This document shows positions 41,126 through 55,652 of a stretch of DNA of 64,000 nucleotides, in pieces. Position 1 is the stretch's first letter. Each line of letters begins with the position of its first letter. The DNA is from Eledone cirrhosa (taxonomy: Eukaryota): NCBI GenBank assembly GCA_964016885.1, contig OZ024746.1, positions 37,820,001-37,884,000 on the forward strand, in the 5' to 3' direction. Made by a program: the position numbers and the translations under genes. Under the pieces are notes generated by a model, which ran no database searches, was not told the origin of the DNA, and was given only the letters and a program-made list of their open reading frames with translations.

Positions 41126-42981
41126 AAAGAGTAAAAAGAGGGAATCAAAGATTTAGGAATCAAAAGATTCATCGGCTAGTTCTCATATAAATATAAATCA
41201 AACTAAATATACTACATTTTAAATTTAAATTTATATTTAAACGTTGAGTTTAATCTATGTTTGCAACAACTGAATAAATTTGTCCGTAGGTTAAGGGAAT
41301 TTTTAGATTTTAGTATAAAGAATATCTCCTCTGCGCAGAGGTCACATGTCTCAGAGGATGAATTAAAAGGAATCCCTCTTGAGACTATATTCCAAGCCGT
41401 CGAATATCTAACGTTATCTAGCTTAAGTTGCCAGAGTACCCCTGATAGTGCCGTTGAAGATTTTTTATTTGGATCTGTGAAAGAATCTTGTGGTTATTAT
41501 AGCGAAGTTTAAATTCCGTCGATGTGGAACCGACGTAGTTAAAAGAATTAGAGTCAGTATTAACATTACAATTGTATACTATATTTTTAACTAAGCAGTT
41601 GTTATTTAACGGACATTTAGATCTATCTCTACAGTTACATTTGTTAACTTGTATATTATTTATGCTATTATCAGTAGGTTTTAAGTTCCTATTATTTATT
41701 CTATTAATATTTTGTGCTAAATTTTTGGTGGATGAGTAGGTTAATTTAATTGTATGCCTATTGAAGATTGGGTGGTACCTATGTGTTCTAGGGAAGCGAT
41801 TATCAAGAGCTTTGAAAAATAATTTAGCGATGTGGGTTTTAATGTTTAGTGAGAAAGGGGGGGCAAACCAAATTATGTTCCTAGTTCTATTTCTTTTTTG
41901 TCCTTTAGAATTATTGTAATGTTTTCTACTATAGTTGTTAATGTTGTTGCCGTAATTAAAAAAGTTGTTACTTTGTTTAGTTTGTTTATCATTATCTATG
42001 TACACAATCTTATCAGCATACCCTGCCCTAGCTAGTGCATCATTATAGTATTGGGCCTTTTCGTCAAAAATCTTTCTATTCGACGAGATCCTAGAGATAC
42101 GTTTTTGGACTGAGTTTACTATAGTGTTTTTGACAGATCTGGGGTGGTTAGAGTTAAAGTTGACATAGTTTAAGTTTTCATTCAACTTGTGAAAAGGATA
42201 GTGGAGACATGTGTTGAGATTTAATGTTATATCTAGGAAATTGACTATTCTATGGTTGTTCTCAATTTCTATTTTAAGGTTAAACTAATTAAAAAATTTT
42301 GTAATTTGTTTACATTTTCTATTTAGTTCAGGGTTATTATTATTAATAAGTAAAAGCATGTCATCCCTATATAAACCTCCGGTAGTACCAGGTATTTTCC
42401 TATGTAGCGAATTGATTAAAAATAAGCCCACAAGGTCAGTTACCTGAGCTGAGTCGGAAGATCCCATAGTTATGTCAAAATTGCTATCTCTATCTGCTCT
42501 GGTCCATAATTTGTCATCAAATTCTATCAAAGTTTTCCTAGCCGATAATATAATATGCATTTCTTTGCTAGTTAGGTCCGTATGTTTGAATGCGTAATTT
42601 AGTGCCTTATTTAGTAGACTAGGGGTAATAGAAGAATAATAGTTAGCTATATCAAGTTGAATAAACCTATTATTATTGTCATATTTAATTTGCCTAAACC
42701 ACTCAACAACCTCTCCAGTTCCCTTCCACAAGCTCAGCTTAGATACACAATCCAAGTTCTTAATTTGCAGTATCACCCTGTCAAGAATGTTTTTGCTTAA
42801 TTTGCCCAGGTCCGATTTTGAAGGTGCGATCAATCTAACTGGCAGGTCAATCTCAAAATTCCTCTTGTGGTCCTTCATATTGATCTTCGGTTTCCTGGGC
42901 ACGAAAGGTTGTGTTCTTCAAATGAAGTTGATGTTTATTACGGTATGTCGAATATATTTATCTATAAAGCTGTTTATATTG

Positions 42982-43047
42982 TATTTTGTCTGATGAAGGC
43001 ATAGCATATTGTTAATATGATATCCCCGAAATATATATAATGAAATA
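42982..43047 (+). ncRNA. Type-I hammerhead in pLTR; copies near 39485-39550(-), 46002-46068(-), 46889-46954(+)
   Basis: UAUUUUGU-CUGAUGA-AGGCAUAGCAUAUU-GUU-AAUAUGAUAUCCCC-GAAA-UAUAUA-UA-AUGAAAUA. Confidence 0.75.
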
Positions 43048-43175
43048 AATATGGTTTTATAAATATAGTTTTCCATTTATTTAATATTGTAAATATACTC
43101 CAAATATTTGTCGAGTGCTTTTATATCAGTTATAAATATTTACTAGTTGTAACCCAACAATTTTAAATATAACTT

Positions 43176-43179
<4 letters not shown>

Positions 43180-43224
<45 letters not shown>

Positions 43225-43796
43225 CATATATATATATATATATCATATATATATATCATATATATATATATATCATAAATATATATATATATATCATATA
43301 TATAATATATATATATATAATTAAATCTTATATATATATATATCATAGATATATATATATATCATATATATATATCATATATATATCATATATATATATA
43401 TCATATATATATGATATATATATATATCATATATATATCATATATATATATTATATATATATATATATATATTATATACATATATTTATATATCATATAT
43501 ATATATATATTATATATATATATATGATATATATATATATATCATATATATATATTTATATATCATATATATATATATATATATATCATATATATACATA
43601 TATATATCATATGTATATATATATCATATATATATATATATATCATATATATATATATCATATATATCATATATATATATCAAAAATATATCATATATAT
43701 ATATCATATATATATATCATATATATATATCATATATATATCATATATATATCAAATATATATATATTTATATATATCATATATATATATATATAT

Positions 43797-43835
<39 letters not shown>

Positions 43836-43846
43836 TATATATATAT

Positions 43847-43904
<58 letters not shown>
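43180..43904. repeat. (TA)n tract periodically interrupted by C (atc(at)n)
   Basis: Direct inspection. Confidence 0.95.
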
Positions 43905-43907
<3 letters not shown>

Positions 43908-43910
43908 CGG

Positions 43911-45422
43911 GATCCAGAAATATTATAGAACAGTATAGCAAGAAGCATAATAGAATGGAGGCCCAGCAACTGGGAGAAAAGACTGCAAATGGCTTGCGTA
44001 ATCTCATGCAGCGCTCACGTAATGGAGAGATAGCATGCTTTCCAACAGACAAGTCTGGCAGAATGTCAGTTGACAGCCTGCCAAACTGCATCCAGGAAAT
44101 GCAATCCCACATCACCAACACAAGCGAAGTAACACCAGAGGAGCATGAGGATAGAGAAAAAGCCCTCAATGCCCATATGGTGATGTGGACGAATATAATG
44201 CAGCCCAACAAAAGGACTGCCAACAATTTCCAGGAGCTGGAACAGTGACGTGCCAGCGTTGTATGGGCTTCGAAAAGACCATAAAACGGGCAGTGACCCT
44301 GTCACGGGACCACCAACACGGCCAGTCTGTGGAGCGAACATTGCTAGTAACTACAGACTGTCCTACCTCCTGTCCCTGATCATACGCCCCATCATTTAAA
44401 TGTCCCCAGATGTATGTGACAGCACGGAGGACCTCCTCAGCAGAATCGGCGAGAGTAACTGATCTAGGGACTAACAAACTGCATAATATGTAGTATGGAT
44501 GTTGTGTCCCTGTATGCATCTATTGATGTGGATTTTGCTGTGGAGAAATGCGTAGAAATGATCAGTAAGAGCAATGTTGAGTTCCGTGGGATTGACACCG
44601 GTGTGCTGGGACTCCTACTTAAACTTACCTATAGTAATAATTACCTAGACATATATGACCTTAGCAACCTATGCCCTACAAGACGAGCAAGAGTCAGACC
44701 ACCTACCATTACCTCAATGGCCAAGTAAACCCAAACAGATAGATGGAACGGGTGGACCAGAGCCATACGGACACCTGAAAACCACGTTGAACTGAAGAAA
44801 ATGATTGCACATGCGGTGGGGGCCAGCATAAAATTAACCGTTAAGGAACATATTTTCAAATTTAATGGAAAAACATATGCCCAAGAGGAAGGAGCAACCA
44901 TTGGTGTTAGCATTGCAGGCGACATAGCTAACTTATTTATGGTATGATGGGACAGTAGACTTAAACTTAAACTTAAAGAACAATTAGAAGACTCCTTAAC
45001 CCTGATAATGTGTTTTAACATCGTAGTTAAAACACCCCCACTAGAGAAGAGTCAGGAATTAGAGAAAAGCACAATGGAAAGCAGCCAGCAAATAGTTAAC
45101 TCCATCCACCAGAGTATTAGAGTTACTATAGACTACCCAAGAGGCTCAAAAACAAAGAAAAGAATCCCCAGTCACTGAAGAGGTCACAGAATGTGTGACG
45201 AAAGAACTTTGACAATATATAAACAACCATCTGTTCATGGAACCAACCAACCAACCGGAAGTTTATAAATTCCTAAATTTATGAATTTATTATAATAAAT
45301 TGAAGTGAAGCGTCTGGTGCGTGTGTTTCTTATTGGCAACATGACCCTCCCAAAGTATAATAATATCGGTTTCAACACACGTTTTCAGATAAATAATCTT
45401 GCTAAAAAAATTCAGAAACGAA
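43911..45422 (+). mobile_element. Internally deleted family-B PLE: RT segment joined directly to the pLTR
   Basis: 43911-45141 parallels ~17731-18987; 45142-45422 parallels ~20137-20421. Confidence 0.88.
45171..45214 (+). ncRNA. Minimal type-I hammerhead of the family-B pLTR; variants near 20166-20209(+) and 16334-16373(-)
   Basis: GUCA-CUGAAGA-G-GUCAC-AGAAUGU-GUGAC-GAAA-GAAC-UU-UGAC. Confidence 0.72.
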
Positions 45423-45605
45423 ATATATATTTATATATTTTTATATAAATATCATATACATATATTATATATCATATATATATATATATATTCATATATA
45501 TATATATATTCATATACAGTATTTACGTATCGAGAAAGAGAAAACAAAGGGGACGATAGGTGTTACATATAGTTATTTGCCAAGTAGCGTATATATATAT
45601 ATATA

Positions 45606-45682
<77 letters not shown>

Positions 45683-45751
45683 TTCATATATATATATATA
45701 TTTATATATATTCATATATATTCATATATATTCATACATATATATATATTC

Positions 45752-47053
<1,302 letters not shown>

Positions 47054-47384
47054 CATATATATATATATATATTCATATATATATATATATTCATATATGC
47101 ATCTATATCTAAAATTAAGAAAAATCAAATGAATTTAATCTAAATCAAAATTATTGGTGTCAGGCCAGTCGGTGATTTGAACTTGAAGTGTAAACAAGGA
47201 TCGCTGGAACTTCTTTCTTGTTGAAAATCCAAGTCTCCACTTCCGTGGTTTACCATCCGATTAATTGGTGAAATATATTTCTTTAATGGCATATATACAG
47301 GGAAGATTAATTATATTATAAGGTATCTATTTTTGAAGTTTCTGGTCAACTTTATTTATTTACCTACCTAGCTATGTGTGGTTA

Positions 47385-48195
47385 CTTTGTAGCTCGTTAA
47401 GTATACTAAGATCGGAATTAAGAGTATTCCGCAGTTCACAGTAATAATAATAATAGTATTAGCTCAAATAAGTATAGAGCATTTTCTTCTGAGCTCAAAC
47501 GCAAATACATTACACAAAGAAAAGTGTGTTACTCAGTGCTAAACCTGTAGATATTGTTCTCTATACAGTAACGGTAAAATTCACTTGTAATAATTATTTA
47601 CACACATCTCACTGTGTAACACTCTTCTCCTTGTGTAATATATTTGCATTTGAGCTCAGAAGAAAATTCTCTATTCTCCTTTGAGCTAATATTATTATTA
47701 TTATTACTGTGAACTCCGGAATACTATTAATTCCGATCTTTGTATACTTAACGAGCTCCAAATTGTTGAGCTAATAAATTCGAATGGTTAGGCTGCCCTC
47801 TCTAGCATTTTCCCTAATCCCTGAGAGCCGTTATTTGATGCAAATAACACGTGATTTCGTACCTCTGGGCAGCGGGTATTTTAGCTTTCTCTATACCCAT
47901 GAGGTTAGATGCGTCGTCAACAGTGTCCACATTTGCTGACTGAGGATCCTGTGGCCTGTTATACTGCACATGTCGGTGGTGAAACGAAGCGAGATTCCTA
48001 TCAGCAAACTTATAGTTATAAGTTTGGTAATTTAACACTCTAATTCAGAGATTTGATTCTGACTTAGTTTTTTTCTATTTAATTGCTAAACCTTTAGATA
48101 TTGTTCGCTATACAGTAACGGTAAAATTCACATGCAATAATGCTTTACAAACATCTCACTGTGTAACACACTTCTCTATGTGTAATATATTTGTA
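47385..48195. repeat. ~549-bp tandem unit with an upstream inverted arm
   Basis: ~47391-47520 is the reverse complement of ~47630-47757; 47538-47650 recurs at 48085-48195. Confidence 0.75.
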
Positions 48196-48226
48196 TATGC
48201 ATATATATATATATATATATATATTC

Positions 48227-48345
<119 letters not shown>

Positions 48346-48383
48346 TATATATATATATATATATATATTCATATATATTCATA

Positions 48384-49106
48384 TGCTAGACAACAACATG
48401 ACGGTAACATAGACAACATAGAAATTAGAATAATATCTAAACATAGGAATGAGCCAGCAGATAGGCAAATCAGAGAGGCCAGTGAAATAGAAATTAGAAG
48501 ACCAAAGCTAAACAGAAAGAATGAGCGGAACAACAACAACACCCAAAGAAACAGCACTGACCTAAGAGAAGTATAAATAAGTAAATAAAATAAAATAAAA
48601 TAAGATAAATAAATACATACACAAGCACAATAACAACAAGCACATAAACACACACTAGTCACCCAGCAGACACAACACTATACACACTAGTCACACACAG
48701 CAAACATAACACTATACACACACGCAAACGCATGCGCAAAGAAGACAAAATAAAATAAACAAACAAGCAAATAAATAAATAAATATATAGACAGACTGAA
48801 TAAAAAATGGCGTAGACATACAACACAACAGGAGGAAAAAAAAATATAACACCACTGACGATGTTGCAGATGTGCAACGAAAGATTTATGTAAATTATGT
48901 AAACTATATATATGTGTTTGTGGCTATATTGTATCTGTATTATTTTTGACCGTCGGTCAGTCAATGGCAACATTGAGGACCGAGTAAGTTAGATCGCAGA
49001 TATAAAAGACAGCGAGAAGCGAAAACCAACCAAACAGTGAGTGTGTTCTGTTATTAATTCTTTGCAATATTACACAAATATGACCCTCCCCAAGTATAAC
49101 AATATA
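48384..49106 (+). mobile_element. 3' end and pLTR of a family-B2 PLE, with HHR at ~48852-48900
   Basis: [24 protein letters not shown]; CUGACGA-U-GUUGCA-GAUG-UGCAAC-GAAA. Confidence 0.82.
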
Positions 49107-49231
49107 TTCATATATATATATATATTCATATATATATATATATATATATATTCATATATTCATATATATATATATTCATATATATATAAATACATATATA
49201 TATATATATTCCTCTCTATATATATATATTC

Positions 49232-49263
<32 letters not shown>

Positions 49264-49265
49264 TC

Positions 49266-49300
<35 letters not shown>

Positions 49301-49301
49301 C

Positions 49302-49382
<81 letters not shown>

Positions 49383-50019
49383 TATATATATATATAGTAT
49401 TAGTTATACTATTTATGGTTATGTAAATACAAAACCTTATTCAGTTATAAGTATTTCACACACACCCTAAATAGTGGTAGGCAGGAATTGTCGTGGATTA
49501 TGTGAGGGGCATATAATCGAAAAATACACTCCCCTGACCATGAAAATGTCGAAGTACATGAAATACTTGACATCCCTTCGCTGTGCATCTCCAATACTTT
49601 TAACACTTTTAATGCTTGCACTATTTTTAATGCTTATAACATTTCTCCACACACAGACTATATCAATCATATAAAGAATTTGCCACCAGATCTACCAACC
49701 TAACACTCTTGTTTACCTACCTAAGTGCCTCTACCACACATATCTCTCTGCCACACTATATAAACAAGACGCACATGCGTGCCACACATATAACATTTGC
49801 ACTACATAACCGCTTATCTTCATGTTGTATTTTAACCTGTATTTTTGATTTTTGATTGTACCTCTTATTATAAATGTAATCTCGAAGTGTGTACTGTCAC
49901 TCTAAATTCTGTAATGAATGTTGACCCACAATGTTTGAATATGTATCAATATTTGAATATGTATCGGTATGTCTCTCGGCTGAAAACGAGGTCATATAAC
50001 TGTCCATGCATTAATAAAT

Positions 50020-50066
50020 TGCTCCGAAGAATCCAAACCTCGGTTTGGAGGAAACAGCTGTAAGCA
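50020..50066 (+). ncRNA. Type-I hammerhead with CCGAAGA core in a TA-flanked insert (49397-50100)
   Basis: UGCU-CCGAAGA-A-UCCAAAC-CUCG-GUUUGGA-G-GAAA-CAGCUG-UA-AGCA. Confidence 0.7.
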
Positions 50067-50130
50067 CAATAATGTTTTGAACAGTTCTTTGATTCTTATA
50101 TTTCATATATTTCATATATATATATATATA

Positions 50131-50672
50131 TTAGCGGAGATTCATTTGGTCTCCTAGTTAGAATTTTAGTCTACGACTTCTGCTATACCATTTACGTGGT
50201 TTCGTCTTTGCGTGCTTTTGTTCTCCACGCTCCACATATGACTTATTATCTTCGGTTTTTTCGTTCATTGCCAGAGAACGTCTCTATGCACCACCTAAGA
50301 GAACATTAGTCTACGACCTCTTTTATACCATAAACGTGGTTTTGTCTTTGCGCGTAATTGTTTTTCACCGCTCCTATTAATGACGTATTATTCGTTTTTT
50401 CCCGTTCTTTGCCAGCGAACGTTACCACGAACCAAAGTATCATCTTCCTGTCTTCCTCCGGTTGCAACGTTTTTTGAAATATCCACTTCTGCGTTTACAG
50501 ATTGACTTTCTTAGTTTCAGAAGATCCCGTCAAGGGTGAAAGCAGCGATACTTTGCTTAAACTTTCATCTGTTATTTTAATAAATATTTGCTCTACGTTC
50601 TTATATATTTGATATATATTTTCCTTATCGAGCCCTCTTTGGATTTTAGTCTTCAATTTTATTATTATTACT
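50131..50672 (+). mobile_element. Solo pLTR of the 5215-7457 family
   Basis: Reverse-complement match to 5215-5755. Confidence 0.88.
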
Positions 50673-50747
50673 ATATATATATATATATATATATATTCAT
50701 ATATACATATTCATATATGTATATATATATATATTCATATATATATA

Positions 50748-50783
<36 letters not shown>

Positions 50784-50903
50784 TATATATATATTTCGTT
50801 TCTGAATTTTTTTAGCAAGATTCTTTATCTGAAAACGTGTGTTGAAACCGACATTATTATACTTCGGGATGGTCATGTTGGCAACATGACCCTCCCAAAG
50901 TAT

Positions 50904-52161
<1,258 letters not shown>

Positions 52162-52162
52162 A

Positions 52163-53008
52163 TTTGTCCAGGTGTACCTTTCTCAGCCTGATTAGTTATA
52201 TCGTTACTTTGGTATGTATTGTGTGTTTGTTTAGCCTACCACAATGTTCGATTTGTCAAGCTATTTAAACGTATCTTATTACTCTAAGGCCCTACCCTAT
52301 CGAGTGCTTTGCTAACTCATCACTTCATATAAGTAGGCCGAATTTACTTGCAAACCGCCAGAGATTCGATTTTACTGATTTCCAATTATATTATTCTCCT
52401 AGATTTAATAATTAACTAATTAATTTAATTAGACAATTCTGTTGATTGGTTAATTATTAGTGTTTGTTTCATAACATCTAGTCGAGAGCTTATCATGATG
52501 ATTAGCGGAAATTTAAAATATTTCCTTTCGCTAACATTTTGAATGAACAGCCTGGGACCGGGTGTTATTTCCCTCGCCGGACTTAACACGTGATAATTAT
52601 AGATACGATAAGCAGCTTATAGCAGCAACATATAATTTATCACTCCGATCCTAGGAAGAGCGATAAAACCTGTTGATAAACTGAATCCTACGTTCGATCA
52701 CCAATACCATGAGCTTGCCTTTCAAGTATGTCTGATATTTGATTTCGGATTCAAAGAAACACTTTAAACGATTGTTCGTTTAATTTGTCCAGGTGTACTT
52801 TTCTCAACCTGATTAGTTCTATCGTTACTTTGGTATGTATTGTGTGTTAGTTTAGCCTACCACAATGTTCGTTTTGTCAAGCTATTTAAACGTATGTTAT
52901 TACTCTAAAGCCCTTCCTTATCGAGTGCTTTGCTAACACATCACTTCATATAAGTAGGCCGAATTTACTTGCAAACTGGCAGAGATTCGATTTTACTGAT
53001 TTCCAATT
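52163..53008. repeat. 621-bp tandem repeat (~1.4 units) between (TA)n tracts
   Basis: 'tttgtccaggtgtac' at 52163 and 52784. Confidence 0.88.
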
Positions 53009-53141
53009 ATATATATATATATTTATTCATATGTATATATATATTTATATATATATATATATTCATATATATAGATATATATATATATTCATATATATAT
53101 ATTTAAATATATATATATTCATATATATATATATATATATT

Positions 53142-53198
<57 letters not shown>

Positions 53199-53261
53199 GT
53201 ATATATATATATATATTCATATATATATATATATATGAATATATATGAATATATATATATA

Positions 53262-53295
<34 letters not shown>

Positions 53296-53431
53296 TATAT
53301 ATATATATATATATTCATATATATGTGTATATTCATATATATATATATATATTCATATATATATATATATATTTACAAGCAAATTATAAATGTAAACTTA
53401 TAAGTATGTTTTTGAAACGGTGCGCGAGTTT

Positions 53432-53594
53432 GAAGATTAGAAATTAGAAAGTATAAGCTTTCACCGTATTTTAGACTAAAGAAATTTCTACATGTACGGC
53501 AACACTCATCTTTTTCCATTTCTCCCCAATATCAGCCTAGAAATTTCTTTAGTCTAAAATACGGTGAAAGCTTATAATTTCTAATTTCTAATCA
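53432..53594. repeat. Small fold-back with ~55-bp arms
   Basis: 'gattagaaattagaaa..aaagaaatttcta' vs 'tagaaatttcttt..tttctaatttctaatc'. Confidence 0.85.
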
Positions 53595-53607
53595 AATCAT
53601 ATATATA

Positions 53608-53663
<56 letters not shown>

Positions 53664-53668
<5 letters not shown>

Positions 53669-55625
53669 ATACTTGGGGAGGGTCATATTTGCGTAATATT
53701 GCCAGAATGAATAACAGAACACACTCACTGTTTGGTTGGTTTTCGCTTCTCGCTGTCTTTTATATCTGCGATCTAACTTACTCGGTCCTCAATGTTGCCA
53801 TTGACTGACCGGCGGTCAAAAATAATACAGATACAATATAGACACAAACACATATATATATATATAATTCACAAAAATCTTTCGTTGCACATCTGCAACA
53901 TCGTCAGTGGTGTTATATTCATTGTTCCTCCTGTTGTGTTGTATGTCTACGCCATTTTTTATTCAGTCTGTCTATATATTTATTTATTTATTTGCTTGTT
54001 TGTTTATCTTATTTTATTTTGTCTTCTTTGCGCATGCGTTTGCGTGTGTGTATAGTGTTATGTGTGATGTGTGACTAGTGTGTATAGTGTTGTGTCTGCT
54101 GGGTGACTAGTGTGTGTTTATGTGCTTGTTGTTATTGTGCTTGTGTATGTATTTATTTATCTTATTTAATTTTATTTTATTTACTTATTTATACTTCTCT
54201 TAGGTCAGTGTTGTTTGTTTGGGTGTTGTTGTTGTTACACTCATTCTTTCTGTTTAGCTTTGGTCTTCTAATTTCTATTTCACTGGCCTCTCTGATTTGC
54301 CTATCTGCTGGGTCATTCCTATGTTTAGATATTATTCTAATTTCTATGTTGTCTATGTTACCGTCATGTTGTTGTCTAGCATGTTCGTATAGTACTGATC
54401 CGTTTTTTCGTCCTTTTACTTCCCCCCAGTGTTGGTCTATCCTTTCACCTATGCTACGAGCTGTCTCACCTATGTATGTTGTTGTCATGTTTCTGCAAGT
54501 ACCCTCTGTACATCTTATGCTATAGACTACGTTTCTAGTTTTACAGTTTATCCGGGGGTTCACCTTACATATGATACACTTCCTATTGGTACAGTGGGTT
54601 TTCTTAAAAGGGTAGGTTTTGCTGATCAGGGATTTTATGGTGGTTCCTGGCTTTTCTACCACCTTTATTTTTAAGTGGGTCTTTCTCAGGGCCTTTCTAC
54701 ACTGGTTAGCTAATTTCCTTCCAGGGGTGGCGTCCACAAACATGGCACTCTGATATCTCTGGTTGTCGTACCATGATGTGGCCTTCCCTATCTTTTGTCT
54801 AGCCCTATCTAAGCTATTCCATGATTTGCTCCTGTATAGTGGGCAAATTCCTTTCATGTCCAGTTCTATGAGGGTCTTATACTTTTCCATGGCTCCTTCG
54901 TATACTTTTCCATGGCTCCTTCGTATACTTCGTATACTAGAGGCCAGTGGAATATAAATTAGAAGACCAAAACTAAACAGAAAGAATGGGTGGAACAACA
55001 ACAACACCCAAACAAACAACACTGACCTGAGAGAAGTATAAATAAGTAAATAAAATTAAATAAAATAAGATAAATAAATACATACACAAGCACAATAACA
55101 ACAAGCACATAAACACACACTAGTCACCCAGCAGACACAACACTATACACACTAGTCACACATCACACATAACACTATACACACACGCAAACGCATGCGC
55201 AAAGAAGACAAAATAAAATAAGATAAACAAACAAGCAAATAAATAAATAAATATATAGACAGACTGAATAAAAAATGGCGTAGACATACAACACAACAGG
55301 AGGAACAATGAATATAACACCACTGACGATGTTGCAGATGTGCAACGAAAGATTTTTGTAAATTATATATATATATATATGTGTTTGTGTCTATATTGTA
55401 TCTGTATTATTTTTGACCGCCGGTCAGTCAATGGCAACATTGAGGACCGAGTAAGTTAGATCGCAGATATAAAAGACAGCGAGAAGCGAAAACCAACCAA
55501 ACAGTGAGTGTGTTCTGTTATTAATTCTGGCAATATTACGCAAATATGACCCTCCCCAAGTATAACAATATCTGTTTCGACACACGATTTCATATAAAAA
55601 ACCTCGCAAAACTAATTCATCGCCG
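53664..55625 (-). mobile_element. Family-B2 PLE 3' fragment with ~630-bp inverted arms
   Basis: GIY-YIG 'NVVYSIRCTEGTC..YIGETARSIGERIDQH' in ORF 54189-55022; 53664-54290 is the reverse complement of ~54941-55569; HHRs at ~53870-53915(-) and ~55319-55360(+). Confidence 0.9.
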
Positions 55626-55652
55626 CTATATATATATATATATATATATATG

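Larger units (their letters stand above)
39445..43180 (-). mobile_element. 5'-truncated PLE (CxCx5C linker type) with long low-complexity 3' UTR and inverted pLTR at ~42940-43180
   Basis: ORFs 42285-42902 (QLDIANYYSSI, MGSSDSA, GGLYRDD) and 41418-42185 (IWFAPPFS, CNCRDRSKCPL, IVYNC..YVGST); 39445-39600 is the reverse complement of ~42940-43090. Confidence 0.88.

Noticed and set aside
50515-50552. CAGAAGA-UCCC..GGGU-GAAA in the 5215-family pLTR
   Set aside because: U4A core change and no UH site or stem I in any of the three copies; at most a dead hammerhead
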